Shown here in pieces: positions 28,680 through 37,323 of a DNA stretch of 64,000 bases; within the stretch, counting starts at the first letter, position 1, and each line of letters starts with the position of its first letter. The DNA lies in contig DASXSR010000360.1 in the NCBI GenBank assembly GCA_036505875.1, forward strand, positions 517-64,516. The letters are read 5' to 3'. This DNA is from Blastocatellia bacterium. Its GTDB lineage: Bacteria > Acidobacteriota > Blastocatellia > UBA7656. Made by a program: the position numbers and the translations under genes. Under the pieces are notes generated by a model. That model had not been told where the DNA came from. It saw only the letters and a program-made list of their open reading frames with translations, and did not search any database.

Positions 28680-29291
28680 TTGTCCCAGAGGAAGACACAC
28701 GCCATGAGGTCAGTTCTGGTCATTGAAGACGATTTCGACACCGTGTATCCGCTTGCCGAGCTGCTCCGGTTGAAAGGCTACACCGTCAACACTGCAACCG
28801 AGGCCGAGCAAGGTTTGGTGTTGGCCAAACAGCAACGACCCGACCTGATTATCACCGACATCGCGCTGCCTGGCGCGAGCGGTCTTCATTTCATCAACAA
28901 GATTCGCGCCGACAAGCGGCTCAACGCGATACCAATAATAGTTATAAGCGGTTGCGGTCCGATGATCATGGTTGAAGCGGAAGCTGCTGGAGCGAACTGC
29001 TGTCTTCAGAAACCGATCAACATCGATCTGTTTTGGGCTGCCATCGATCGAGTGCTTGGCGTCGGAGTGGAAACAGAAGCGTCCGCGACGGGTGACTCAC
29101 GGGAAGATCGAGGTCGCGCGCTGGCTACTGATATTGACAGCTTGGTTGAAGCCCTGCGCCGGTCTACGACAAAGGAAGAAAAGGATCAGGTGTTGAAGCG
29201 CCTGAAGGAAAGAATACGTGAGCTGCAGACGCGCGACACAGAACGGACAGCCGACAATACATTCGTCCTGCAGAATTCTACGCAATCTTAA
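28680..29291 (+). CDS. Response regulator, receiver domain only with a C-terminal coiled segment; orphan
   Basis: VLVIEDDFD...PDLIITDIALPG...IPIIVISGCG are the CheY-like D-D-K residues. No histidine kinase is adjacent. Confidence 0.8.
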   Translation: MSQRKTHAMRSVLVIEDDFDTVYPLAELLRLKGYTVNTATEAEQGLVLAKQQRPDLIITDIALPGASGLHFINKIRADKRLNAIPIIVISGCGPMIMVEAEAAGANCCLQKPINIDLFWAAIDRVLGVGVETEASATGDSREDRGRALATDIDSLVEALRRSTTKEEKDQVLKRLKERIRELQTRDTERTADNTFVLQNSTQS

Positions 29292-29383
29292 GCATGTCAT
29301 CGACAGGCGATTGATTGTGCCGACAACGCCAGCCGCCAGTTGCCCACTTCCCGCCGTGACTTTGATGACACGTCGCGCTCCTC

Positions 29384-29596
29384 TTGGCTACTACTGTCGG
29401 TTTGCGATCTGGTGCCGTGAAACAGCTGGACATAAGAAAGGCAAATCCGGGTGATGCGCCGGACATAGCGTCGGTGCTTGCCGAGGCATTTGGCGAATAT
29501 GAGTCGCTCTACACCGCAAAAGCATATTCGGCGACGACACCGAACAGCGACGCGATAAGAAGCCGCTTTGTAATGAGCAAGAACCTGAATTGTTGA
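29384..29596 (+). pseudogene. Possible truncated GNAT acetyltransferase remnant (70 aa)
   Basis: IRKANPGDAPDIASVLAEAF resembles a GNAT N terminus, but the ORF terminates after 70 aa. Confidence 0.25.
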
Positions 29597-29605
29597 GGAT
29601 CGACC

Positions 29606-29911
29606 ATGACCACCTATTACGCCGCCTTTCTTCGCCCGGGGAAGCTGTGGAATCCCGACAAGTCGGCTCGCGAGCAATTATTTTGGGACGAGCACGCGAG
29701 CTTTATGGATGAGTTGTTCGAGACCGGAGTCATCATCCTGGGCGGACCGTTTGCCGACAGGTCAGGCTCGCTGGTGATCGTAGCAGCCGACAACGCCGAG
29801 CAGGTTCGCGAGATGTACCGAACTGACCCCTGGACCTTGCACGACGTTCTGGTGGTTGGGGACGTGAAGGAATGGACGATCTTTCTCGACGCGCGAGAGA
29901 AGCAATCTTAG
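29606..29911 (+). CDS. YciI-family protein (Dabb-like ferredoxin fold)
   Basis: 101 aa; LFWDEHASFMDELFETGVIILGGPFADRSGSLVIVAADNAEQVREMYRTDPW is the typical YciI signature with the conserved His/Asp. Confidence 0.7.
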   Translation: MTTYYAAFLRPGKLWNPDKSAREQLFWDEHASFMDELFETGVIILGGPFADRSGSLVIVAADNAEQVREMYRTDPWTLHDVLVVGDVKEWTIFLDAREKQS

Positions 29912-29972
29912 AAAGAAAACGGGCGAACATGATTACAGGTCGTGTTCGCCCTCGTATTAACGAAAATGTGAC

Positions 29973-31580
29973 CTATTTCTCTTGATTATTTGACTCGCGG
30001 CGTTTTTCTTGAGAAGTCCTGAAGATGGTGCCGTCAACCGCGTTCACCAGGACATGCGTTCGAATAGGCTTTGATTCGTCGCCGGAAAGAATCACGACGT
30101 GATAGAGCACCAGGCTGGGTTTCGCCAACTCTCCCGGATCCTGCCAGCGCTCACCGACGAGGCTGCATTCGAAAACCTTCCCCGGATTTTGACTCGTCGC
30201 GATTTGAATCGCCTGATCCATGCTGATTCTCGCTAACTGGGTCAGCACAGCCTGATGCTTGCTTTCTCTTTCGCGTTCCTCGCGCGCGCGAGCCTCATCG
30301 ATTATATACAACGCGTGAGTTTCTCCGTCCTCACTCACAGCAAACTCGACCTTCTTGGTATTGTCCTCCCGAAGTTGTAGCAGCCGCTTCTTAAGCTTAG
30401 CTATCACTTCCGCGTCCGTTTCTTTCTCAATTGCCTCCTTCAGCTCCTGCTCCTGGCGAAGCATTTTCTCTTTGATTTCCTGCTCTCTACGAACACGCAG
30501 TTCATTCTTCTCTTGAGCTTCACGCGACGGCTCCTGTTCCCGCGCGGGATCAATGTTCAGATGAAGCGTGAAAGCAGCTGCTGCTGCGCACGGGATCGCC
30601 AGCAACAATGCAGCGGGGATTAACCAGAATTTTTTCTTGCCTGCACTCAATTTGGTTCTTTGTAGCAATGACATGACTCTTACCTCCAGAATATCGGCGT
30701 CGGCGATGCCGACGGCTACGGTCCGCGCGCGATTTGCAAGTGGCATCGCCGAACGGGCCAGTTGTACCAGCGAGCGCGCGTAGACTTCGGGGCGAAGCAA
30801 AAGCTCCGTTACCAACTCGTCGCAACGCAGCTCGCGGGTCTGCGTGATCCGGCGTCGCACCAGCGCCGCCGCCGGATGAAATGAGAGCGGAAGAAAAACA
30901 AACTCGTAAATCAGATTCAGCAAATAGTCGCGCCGCCGAACGTGCATTAACTCGTGGCCGATTGCGGCAGTCAATTCTTCATCGCTTGCGTCGCGCGCCA
31001 ACGCGTCGGGCAGAATGATCAAAGGACGAAAGATTCCTACTGTTGCCGGCGAGTTCACCGAACCAGAAGTCATCGTCCTGGCCTTGTCGAACCCGATTGC
31101 TTCTCGACAGGCAGCGACGGTGGCGTGGATTCGGTGCGCAGGGACCACCAGAGACGCGCCTCGCTTGGCGGCCTGCGTCCTGACCCAGGCGCGAAACAAT
31201 CTCACGCCTCGATAGCAAAGTAACAGCAGGTACATAGCGAGCACTCCGAATGCAACGCGTCCGCTGATTTGGAAGGCCGAGCTTGAAGCGTTCGCTAACG
31301 GCTCCTCGTTTGATGGAGGAACGTCCCTTAGCTGGACAGTCGCCGAACCGAACCCCTCTCCTGTCGTATTGGACAAGCTGCTTGTCAGAACCAGACGACC
31401 TGACGTCACAAATGGCAGTAGGAACGACAGCCCCAGGGCGGCAACCCAAAGCCAGTGTCGATATCGCGCGAGCGTTCTTCGCAAAAAGAGATCGCCGACC
31501 GCCGTTACACCGACGATTAGCACGATTTGCCAACACGCGTTCAGCAGGAAAGTCAAAAGAAATTCGCCGGTTGTTCTCAT
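29973..31580 (-). CDS. BlaR1/MecR1-family M56 peptidase signal transducer (anti-repressor)
   Basis: 535 aa; polytopic N terminus, HELMHVRRRDY zinc-peptidase HExxH motif, long C-terminal extracytoplasmic domain with a coiled-coil. Confidence 0.85.
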   Translation of the reverse strand: MRTTGEFLLTFLLNACWQIVLIVGVTAVGDLFLRRTLARYRHWLWVAALGLSFLLPFVTSGRLVLTSSLSNTTGEGFGSATVQLRDVPPSNEEPLANASSSAFQISGRVAFGVLAMYLLLLCYRGVRLFRAWVRTQAAKRGASLVVPAHRIHATVAACREAIGFDKARTMTSGSVNSPATVGIFRPLIILPDALARDASDEELTAAIGHELMHVRRRDYLLNLIYEFVFLPLSFHPAAALVRRRITQTRELRCDELVTELLLRPEVYARSLVQLARSAMPLANRARTVAVGIADADILEVRVMSLLQRTKLSAGKKKFWLIPAALLLAIPCAAAAAFTLHLNIDPAREQEPSREAQEKNELRVRREQEIKEKMLRQEQELKEAIEKETDAEVIAKLKKRLLQLREDNTKKVEFAVSEDGETHALYIIDEARAREERERESKHQAVLTQLARISMDQAIQIATSQNPGKVFECSLVGERWQDPGELAKPSLVLYHVVILSGDESKPIRTHVLVNAVDGTIFRTSQEKRRESNNQEK

Positions 31581-31960
31581 TTCTTTTTCTCCTCTTGCTC
31601 TTCCAGCAGTTTGTTCAATCGCGCCAGTTTCTCCGGCGTGAGATGTTTCGCCTCGACCAGGCTCATTACCAGGTTTTCGGCCGAGCCGCCGAACAGGCGG
31701 TCGACTAAATCGCCGAGATGTCGACTGATGAACTGCGTTCGCGTTACCGCAGCCTTATAAACGTAAGCGCGATCCTTGAGCGTCCGCTTAACCCGTCCCT
31801 TGCGATGCAGAATGTTCAACATAGTCTGCACGGTTGTGTAGGCCAGTTCCCGGTCAAGCCGCTCCTGCACCGTGTGAACGTTCGCCGGGCCGGCCTCCCA
31901 GAGAATATTCATAATCTCCAGCTCCAGCGGCGTGAGCCGCTGAGTTCGTTTGCTCGCCAT
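31577..31960 (-). CDS. BlaI/MecI/CopY-family transcriptional repressor
   Basis: 127 aa; winged helix LTPLELEIMNILWEAGPANVHTV...YTTVQTMLNILHRKG; 4-nt overlap with the downstream blaR1-like gene. Confidence 0.85.
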   Translation of the reverse strand: MASKRTQRLTPLELEIMNILWEAGPANVHTVQERLDRELAYTTVQTMLNILHRKGRVKRTLKDRAYVYKAAVTRTQFISRHLGDLVDRLFGGSAENLVMSLVEAKHLTPEKLARLNKLLEEQEEKKK

Positions 31961-32147
31961 AGGCTATCTCCTAAATGCTTAGGAGTATATAGAGGGACGA
32001 AGCCGATGTCAACTAAATTTTTAGGAGTCAGGAGATGATTGTGCCGCAGTAGTCGTCTGAAGTATCCCCATACGGGCTCTGGCTGGTCTGCTGCAGGCGT
32101 GTTGATAATTCATACGCGCCGACTTAGAATCGCACCGGAGATCAGCG

Positions 32148-33323
32148 ATGCCCGCAAAAGGTCCGTTCAATCGAATTGTCCTCATCGTGCTCGATAGCGC
32201 CGGCATTGGAGAAATGCCCGACGCTTCCGACTACGGCGATGCGGGCGCTGACACCCTCGGACATGTGCTCGCTTCGCGCGAAGTCAACATTCCAAACCTT
32301 CGGGAGTTTGGGCTGGCCAACATCAGACCGTTTGCCGTTGGCGCGATTCAAAAGCCGATTGGAATTTTTGGAAGAGCGGCGACGGCTTCGCGCGGAAAAG
32401 ACACGACTACAGGTCATTGGGAGATGGCGGGTATTATTACTTCCCGGCCGTTCCCAACTTATCCAAAAGGGTTTCCGCCGCGCGTGATCGAGCCGTTCGA
32501 GCGCGCAATCGGACGAGGAATCCTCGGCAACAAGCCTGCTTCGGGAACCGAGATCATAAAAGAACTCGGCGAAGAGCACGTACGAACCGGACGCCCTATT
32601 GTTTACACCTCAGCGGACAGTGTCTTTCAAATTGCCGCTCACGAAGAGGTCGTGCCCCTCGATGAATTGTATCGCTGGAGCCGGCTCGCTCGTGAGATAC
32701 TCACCGGTGAGGACGAGGTTGGAAGAGTGATCGCGCGCCCATTTATTGGCGAGCCTGGCAACTTTCGCCGCACCGAAGCTCGACAGGACTACGCGATCGA
32801 TCCACCCCAAGACACTTTGCTCGATCGCCTGAAGTCGGCGGGTCTTGCGGTGACCGCGGTCGGCAAAATAGGCTCGATCTTCTGCCACCGAGGGATGACC
32901 GAAGAGTTGAAAGCGGGCAACAACACTGCGAGCGTCGATCAAACTGTTCGCGCGCTGGGCGAGACCGGACGCGGCCTGATCTTCACAAATCTCGTTGACT
33001 TCGACATGCTTTACGGTCACAGAAACGACGTTGAAGGCTACGCTCGCGCGCTAGAAGAGTTCGATCTGCGCTTGCCGGAGATTAAAGCGGCGATGCGCGA
33101 GGACGATCTTTTGATGATAAGCGCCGATCACGGCTGCGATCCGGCTGACGTATCAACGGATCACACTCGTGAGTACGTGCCGGTGTTGGCGTGGGGACGA
33201 CGAGCGCGGTCGGGAGTTGATCTCGGCACCCGATCGTCGGTGGCGGATATTGGCCAGACCGTAGCCGACAACTTTGGATTGAGCTTGCAAGCGGGCAGAA
33301 GTTTCTTGCAGGAGATTGCATAA
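32148..33323 (+). CDS. deoB: Phosphopentomutase
   Basis: 391 aa; VLDSAGIGEMPDASDYGDAGADTLGHV and the C-terminal SADHGCDP metal-binding motifs. Confidence 0.9.
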   Translation: MPAKGPFNRIVLIVLDSAGIGEMPDASDYGDAGADTLGHVLASREVNIPNLREFGLANIRPFAVGAIQKPIGIFGRAATASRGKDTTTGHWEMAGIITSRPFPTYPKGFPPRVIEPFERAIGRGILGNKPASGTEIIKELGEEHVRTGRPIVYTSADSVFQIAAHEEVVPLDELYRWSRLAREILTGEDEVGRVIARPFIGEPGNFRRTEARQDYAIDPPQDTLLDRLKSAGLAVTAVGKIGSIFCHRGMTEELKAGNNTASVDQTVRALGETGRGLIFTNLVDFDMLYGHRNDVEGYARALEEFDLRLPEIKAAMREDDLLMISADHGCDPADVSTDHTREYVPVLAWGRRARSGVDLGTRSSVADIGQTVADNFGLSLQAGRSFLQEIA

Positions 33324-33343
33324 ACGCCGAGACTGAATCAGGT

Positions 33344-34111
33344 ATGAAGCTAGTTCTGACGCTCACAATCGTTTTTGTGGTCACCTTCCAATCGGCTCGA
33401 GCCGGTTGGCTTGCTCAGGAGGGTGGCTCCGAAAAAGGGCAGAAGAAAGACGACGTAGGGAGCCTGCTGGAGCGAATCAGGAGCAAGTCTCCCGCAGAAC
33501 GCCGCGAAGCTATAGATCAGCTCGCCGACGCCGGCGATGCGCGAGCGGTCGAGCCTCTGATCGCTGCGTTGAGGGACGAGCAACCCGACGTTCGAGCAAC
33601 GGTGGTGAACGCGCTCGGACAACTTGGCGACAAGCGAGCGGTACAGCCGCTGATGTTGATACTCAACGACGAGGTTTCGTTCGTGCGCGCCGCCGCAGCG
33701 AGAGTTCTAGGGCAGTTGGGCGACGGGCGCGCTGCTGATCCACTGACCGCAAGCCTCAGAGACGGAAACTCGACGGTGCGCGGCGCCGCCGCATTGGGAT
33801 TAGGTTCGCTGAAAGAAACTCGAGCGGTTCCGGGATTAATTGCAGCGCTTAAAGATGAGGCGCCCGATGTCAGGTCGGCCGTTGCGGCAGCGCTGGGTGA
33901 TCTTCGGGACAAACGCGCGGTCACGCCGCTCATTCAGTCGTTAAAGGACGAATATCGAATGGTAAAGCTGGCGGCCGCGCTTGCGCTCGCGGACATTGGC
34001 GATAAGAGTGCGGTCCCCGCGCTGAACGAAGCGGTCGCGAGTGAGAAGGACGAAGAAGCGCGATCACAGATGAAAGAAGCCCTTCAGCGATTGATGGCAT
34101 CTCCGGAATAG
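33344..34111 (+). CDS. HEAT-repeat (PBS-lyase type) protein, secreted
   Basis: Signal peptide; at least six repeats of A/V-x-PL-I-x-AL-x-D-x-x-x-x-VR-x-x-A-x-x-ALG-x-LGD. Confidence 0.75.
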   Translation: MKLVLTLTIVFVVTFQSARAGWLAQEGGSEKGQKKDDVGSLLERIRSKSPAERREAIDQLADAGDARAVEPLIAALRDEQPDVRATVVNALGQLGDKRAVQPLMLILNDEVSFVRAAAARVLGQLGDGRAADPLTASLRDGNSTVRGAAALGLGSLKETRAVPGLIAALKDEAPDVRSAVAAALGDLRDKRAVTPLIQSLKDEYRMVKLAAALALADIGDKSAVPALNEAVASEKDEEARSQMKEALQRLMASPE

Positions 34112-34142
34112 AAGTCAGAGGTCAGAGGTCAGAAATCAGAGG
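34111..34142. repeat. GTCAGAGG-type direct/inverted repeat, left flank of the four-helix-bundle gene
   Basis: GAAGTCAGAGGTCAGAGGTCAGAAATCAGAGG is read directly. Its reverse-complement partner is at 34544-34568. Confidence 0.6.
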
Positions 34143-34147
34143 ACAGA

Positions 34148-34549
34148 ATGAAGATTAACTCGGCAAAGGATCTGGAGGTTTACAAGAAAGCGTATCGGTT
34201 GGCAATGGATATCTTTGAGATCAGCAAACGTTTTTCGCCCGAGGAGAGATTCGCTCTAACCGGCCAGGTGCGCCGATCTTCGCGCTCGGTGTGTCTGAAC
34301 TTGCGTGAGGCTTGGGCGAAGCGGCGGTACGAAGCGCATTTTGTCAGCAAGCTAACCGATTGCGACGGAGAGAATAGTGAAACAGATTCCTCGTTGGATT
34401 TTGCCAGAGATTGCCGTTACATTACCGTCGAGGAGCACCGCGTCTTGTCGGTCCACTGTGCCGAGGTGGGTAAGATGCTGGGCGGCATGATCATGAACCC
34501 GAGCCACTTCCTAATCCAAATCGAAAGGCCAGCCATCCGACGCGCCTGA
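34148..34549 (+). CDS. Four-helix-bundle protein (TIGR02436 / 23S rRNA intervening-sequence protein family)
   Basis: 133 aa; LEVYKKAYRLAMDIFEISKRFSPEERFALTGQVRRSSRSVCLNLREAWAKRRYEAHFVSKL is the family hallmark. Confidence 0.8.
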   Translation: MKINSAKDLEVYKKAYRLAMDIFEISKRFSPEERFALTGQVRRSSRSVCLNLREAWAKRRYEAHFVSKLTDCDGENSETDSSLDFARDCRYITVEEHRVLSVHCAEVGKMLGGMIMNPSHFLIQIERPAIRRA

Positions 34550-34568
34550 CCTCTGACTTCTGACCTCT
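34544..34568. repeat. Right-flank inverted copy (CCTGACCTCTGACTTCTGACCTCTG) of the repeat at 34111-34142
   Basis: Read directly; its reverse complement CAGAGGTCAGAAGTCAGAGGTCAGG matches the left flank. Confidence 0.6.
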
Positions 34569-34575
34569 GTTGTTT

Positions 34576-34782
34576 CTATTCCTCGTGCGTATTTCGTTTT
34601 CGTAGACTCTTTCTGGCGCGGCGCCTGGCGACCTGGGACTTCAGGCGACGGCGCTCTCCCGGCTTCAGATAAAAGGCGTGCTTCTTGGTGTCGGTGATGA
34701 TCCCCTCGCGGGCTACTTGCCGTTTGAACCGGCGAATTGCGCTTTCGATGCTCTCGTTATCGTGAACCTTGACTTGTGCCAC
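34576..34782 (-). CDS. rpsU: 30S ribosomal protein S21
   Basis: 68 aa; MAQVKVHDNESIESAIRRFKRQVAREGIITDTKKHAFYLKPGERRR. Confidence 0.9.
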   Translation of the reverse strand: MAQVKVHDNESIESAIRRFKRQVAREGIITDTKKHAFYLKPGERRRLKSQVARRRARKSLRKRNTHEE

Positions 34783-34942
34783 TCAATCCTCCGTAGTTTT
34801 AACAAGCGAAAAGCTTACACAAGCGGGAGCCGGACTGTCAATCTCAGGGGAGACTGACTTGCAAGCCATCAAAGCTGTATGTTAAAGATTCAGTGACTTA
34901 TTAAAAACCAAATGTTCAACTGCTGCAATAAAAGGGGCGATC

Positions 34943-35554
34943 ATGAGAGGCAAGATAGCGATCTTCATCGATGGCAACAATCTATTTCACGCCGCTAGGT
35001 CAGTTGGAGTCGAGATTGACTACGCAAAGTTTTTGAATTTTCTTCGCGACGATTCGCCACTTCTTCGAGCTTTCTTTTACACCGGGGTCGACGAAAAGGC
35101 TGAGCGCCAGCAGGGCTTCTTGCTCTGGATGCGAAGGAACGGCTACCGAGTGGTGGAGAAAGAATTGAAGACCTACGCCGACGGCACAAAAAAAGCCAAT
35201 CTCGATGTCGAGATCGCCGTCGACATGCTTTCGCTGGCCGACAAGTACGACACCGCGGTGCTCGTCTCAGGCGATGAAGATTTCGCGTACGCCATAAACG
35301 CCGTGGCCTACAAAGGCGTGCGCGTCGAGCTTGCGGGGTTTCGGAGCAACACCAGCCCGCGGTTGATCGACGTCGCCGATCAGTTCATCGAGCTTGATTC
35401 TCATATCGAGGAAATCACCAAAGCCGAGAGTCGCTACAGCGCTCACAACCATCATTCCGGGAGTCATTCCATCTCACGGAACAGCGGCAGCTTTACCCGA
35501 GTGCAAGATGAAGGCGAGGCCGAAACGAGTCGAGAAGCCGCACTGGAACGATAG
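34943..35554 (+). CDS. NYN-domain (LabA/DUF88-like) protein
   Basis: IAIFIDGNNLFHAARSVGVEIDY...ANLDVEIAVDML...VLVSGDEDFAYAI carries the PIN-like acidic residues. Confidence 0.8.
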   Translation: MRGKIAIFIDGNNLFHAARSVGVEIDYAKFLNFLRDDSPLLRAFFYTGVDEKAERQQGFLLWMRRNGYRVVEKELKTYADGTKKANLDVEIAVDMLSLADKYDTAVLVSGDEDFAYAINAVAYKGVRVELAGFRSNTSPRLIDVADQFIELDSHIEEITKAESRYSAHNHHSGSHSISRNSGSFTRVQDEGEAETSREAALER

Positions 35555-35558
35555 CACT

Positions 35559-37124
35559 CTAGCTCACAGCTTGCGAGATCTCGGGGTTGAGACCTTCCCA
35601 CTTCGCCATGTACTCGCGACGCTCTCTCTTGAGGCGATCGACGATTTGGTTGTATTCGTCTGCCCTGCCTTGACGCTCGTAGAGTTTGCGCGGCTGAAGG
35701 ATGTCGTCGTCCTCCCGATTCACACCGGGAATTTGCGCAGCGACCAGGTAGCCGAAGTCGTCATCGGGCTCCCAGTTAATCGTTCCTTCGGCAATTCCCT
35801 TGACGATCGCCGACGAATGCTGAATGCGAACCTTCTTTGACCGCTCATCTTCATCCGTTCCGCCAACACGGCCCGTGTTCATCAAGTAAACTTCCATCGG
35901 CGACGACTCAAGCAGCTCCCAGAATCGATTGCCTTGCTGCGCGTGCTTGAGCGGGAAGAACGGATTGGTGCCGGGAACGCGAAGGAACTTTCCGGCCTCG
36001 GCAGCGCCGCCCGCCGACGTGCCTCGCGTCTCGCCGAGCATGAAGTAGGCGGCTGCTTGATGACGGTTGAGCTTAGCCACGCCGGGGATGATGTTGTCGT
36101 TGCGATTTAGAATCAACAAAAAGTCAGCAGATTTGATTTCGCGCGCGTCCATTGCGCCGGCGATGTCCTGCATGCGCACCACGGCGCGGCCATTCTGTGT
36201 GTAGCTGGAGTCGTAAAAGTCCAACTGGCCGTTCTCGTTCTGCGAAACATTCTCCAGATAAGCATGCGTGGTCGTGCATGCGTGATAGATGGTCGGCTCA
36301 TCTTTCTCGTTCAACCCGAACGTCTTGGCAAAGCAGCCGTTCTCTGTCGCGTAAATCTTTCCGCCAGGCATCAAGGCCACAAAATCATCCTGTACGGGCG
36401 ACGAGTTGTTTTGCTTGGTAAAGGTCGTCGTAGTCTTTCCGGTCCCTGACAGCCCAATGATCAGCGCCACTCGTTTGCGATCGTCGACCGGTATCACCTT
36501 GCAGCCCGCGTGAAGCGCAAGCCCGCCGCGCTCGTATACTATCTGATTCCACATTCGCAGGCCGCCCTTCTTTGACTCACCGAAGTAATCGCTGTTCAAG
36601 ACGCGAGTTATTCCGTTGTCCAGATCGACCGCGATAAGCCGATCCGCCGGATAGCCTTTCGCCTCTAGATTCGGCGTGTAGATGATGGTCAGACGCGGCT
36701 CGAAACCTCGAAGCTCGCTCTCAGTCGCAGGATAGTAGAGGTGTTTTTGCATCCCCGCAACATTTGCGTTCGAACGTTCGATGATCAGCCGCGCCGGCAC
36801 CCGAAAGGTTGGGTCGTTGCCGATAAAACCATCCACCAGCACCATCTCACATCCGCGAATATACTCATTCTGAATCTGGGCAACACGTTGATACTCTTCG
36901 CGAGTGATTGTCTGAGAGTCGTGTCGGTCGGGAGCGTCGGTCACGACATAAGTGGAAAGCTTCGATCGCGCATCCACGCGAGTCTGAGTGTTGGTGTTGT
37001 CGTAGCGTGTGATGCGAGTATTAGGCATTTCCTCCGTGAGTCGCCGTAACTCTGCAGCCGAGGGATTCCAGATGATCTCCTTGGGATCGACCGGCACCAT
37101 CGCTCTGGCTGATGGTTTACTCAT
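35559..37124 (-). CDS. pckA: Phosphoenolpyruvate carboxykinase (ATP)
   Basis: 521 aa; kinase-1a GLSGTGKTTTTF; the PEPCK-specific domain is present. Confidence 0.95.
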   Translation of the reverse strand: MSKPSARAMVPVDPKEIIWNPSAAELRRLTEEMPNTRITRYDNTNTQTRVDARSKLSTYVVTDAPDRHDSQTITREEYQRVAQIQNEYIRGCEMVLVDGFIGNDPTFRVPARLIIERSNANVAGMQKHLYYPATESELRGFEPRLTIIYTPNLEAKGYPADRLIAVDLDNGITRVLNSDYFGESKKGGLRMWNQIVYERGGLALHAGCKVIPVDDRKRVALIIGLSGTGKTTTTFTKQNNSSPVQDDFVALMPGGKIYATENGCFAKTFGLNEKDEPTIYHACTTTHAYLENVSQNENGQLDFYDSSYTQNGRAVVRMQDIAGAMDAREIKSADFLLILNRNDNIIPGVAKLNRHQAAAYFMLGETRGTSAGGAAEAGKFLRVPGTNPFFPLKHAQQGNRFWELLESSPMEVYLMNTGRVGGTDEDERSKKVRIQHSSAIVKGIAEGTINWEPDDDFGYLVAAQIPGVNREDDDILQPRKLYERQGRADEYNQIVDRLKRERREYMAKWEGLNPEISQAVS

Positions 37125-37323
37125 GAGTCCTCCATTGATTAATTGGGCAATCAGTAACTCGCATGATAACTAGTCGAATCAGCAGGAGCAAACGATCTTA
37201 TTAGCGGCTTTGCGAAACTTGGCTTCTTTGCGCGAAGTGCTTCTACAAATCGATGACAGTTTCGCGCCAAGACGCAAAAAAATCCGCGAAGTCGCAAAGG
37301 TAGCACAACTTGCACATCAATTA

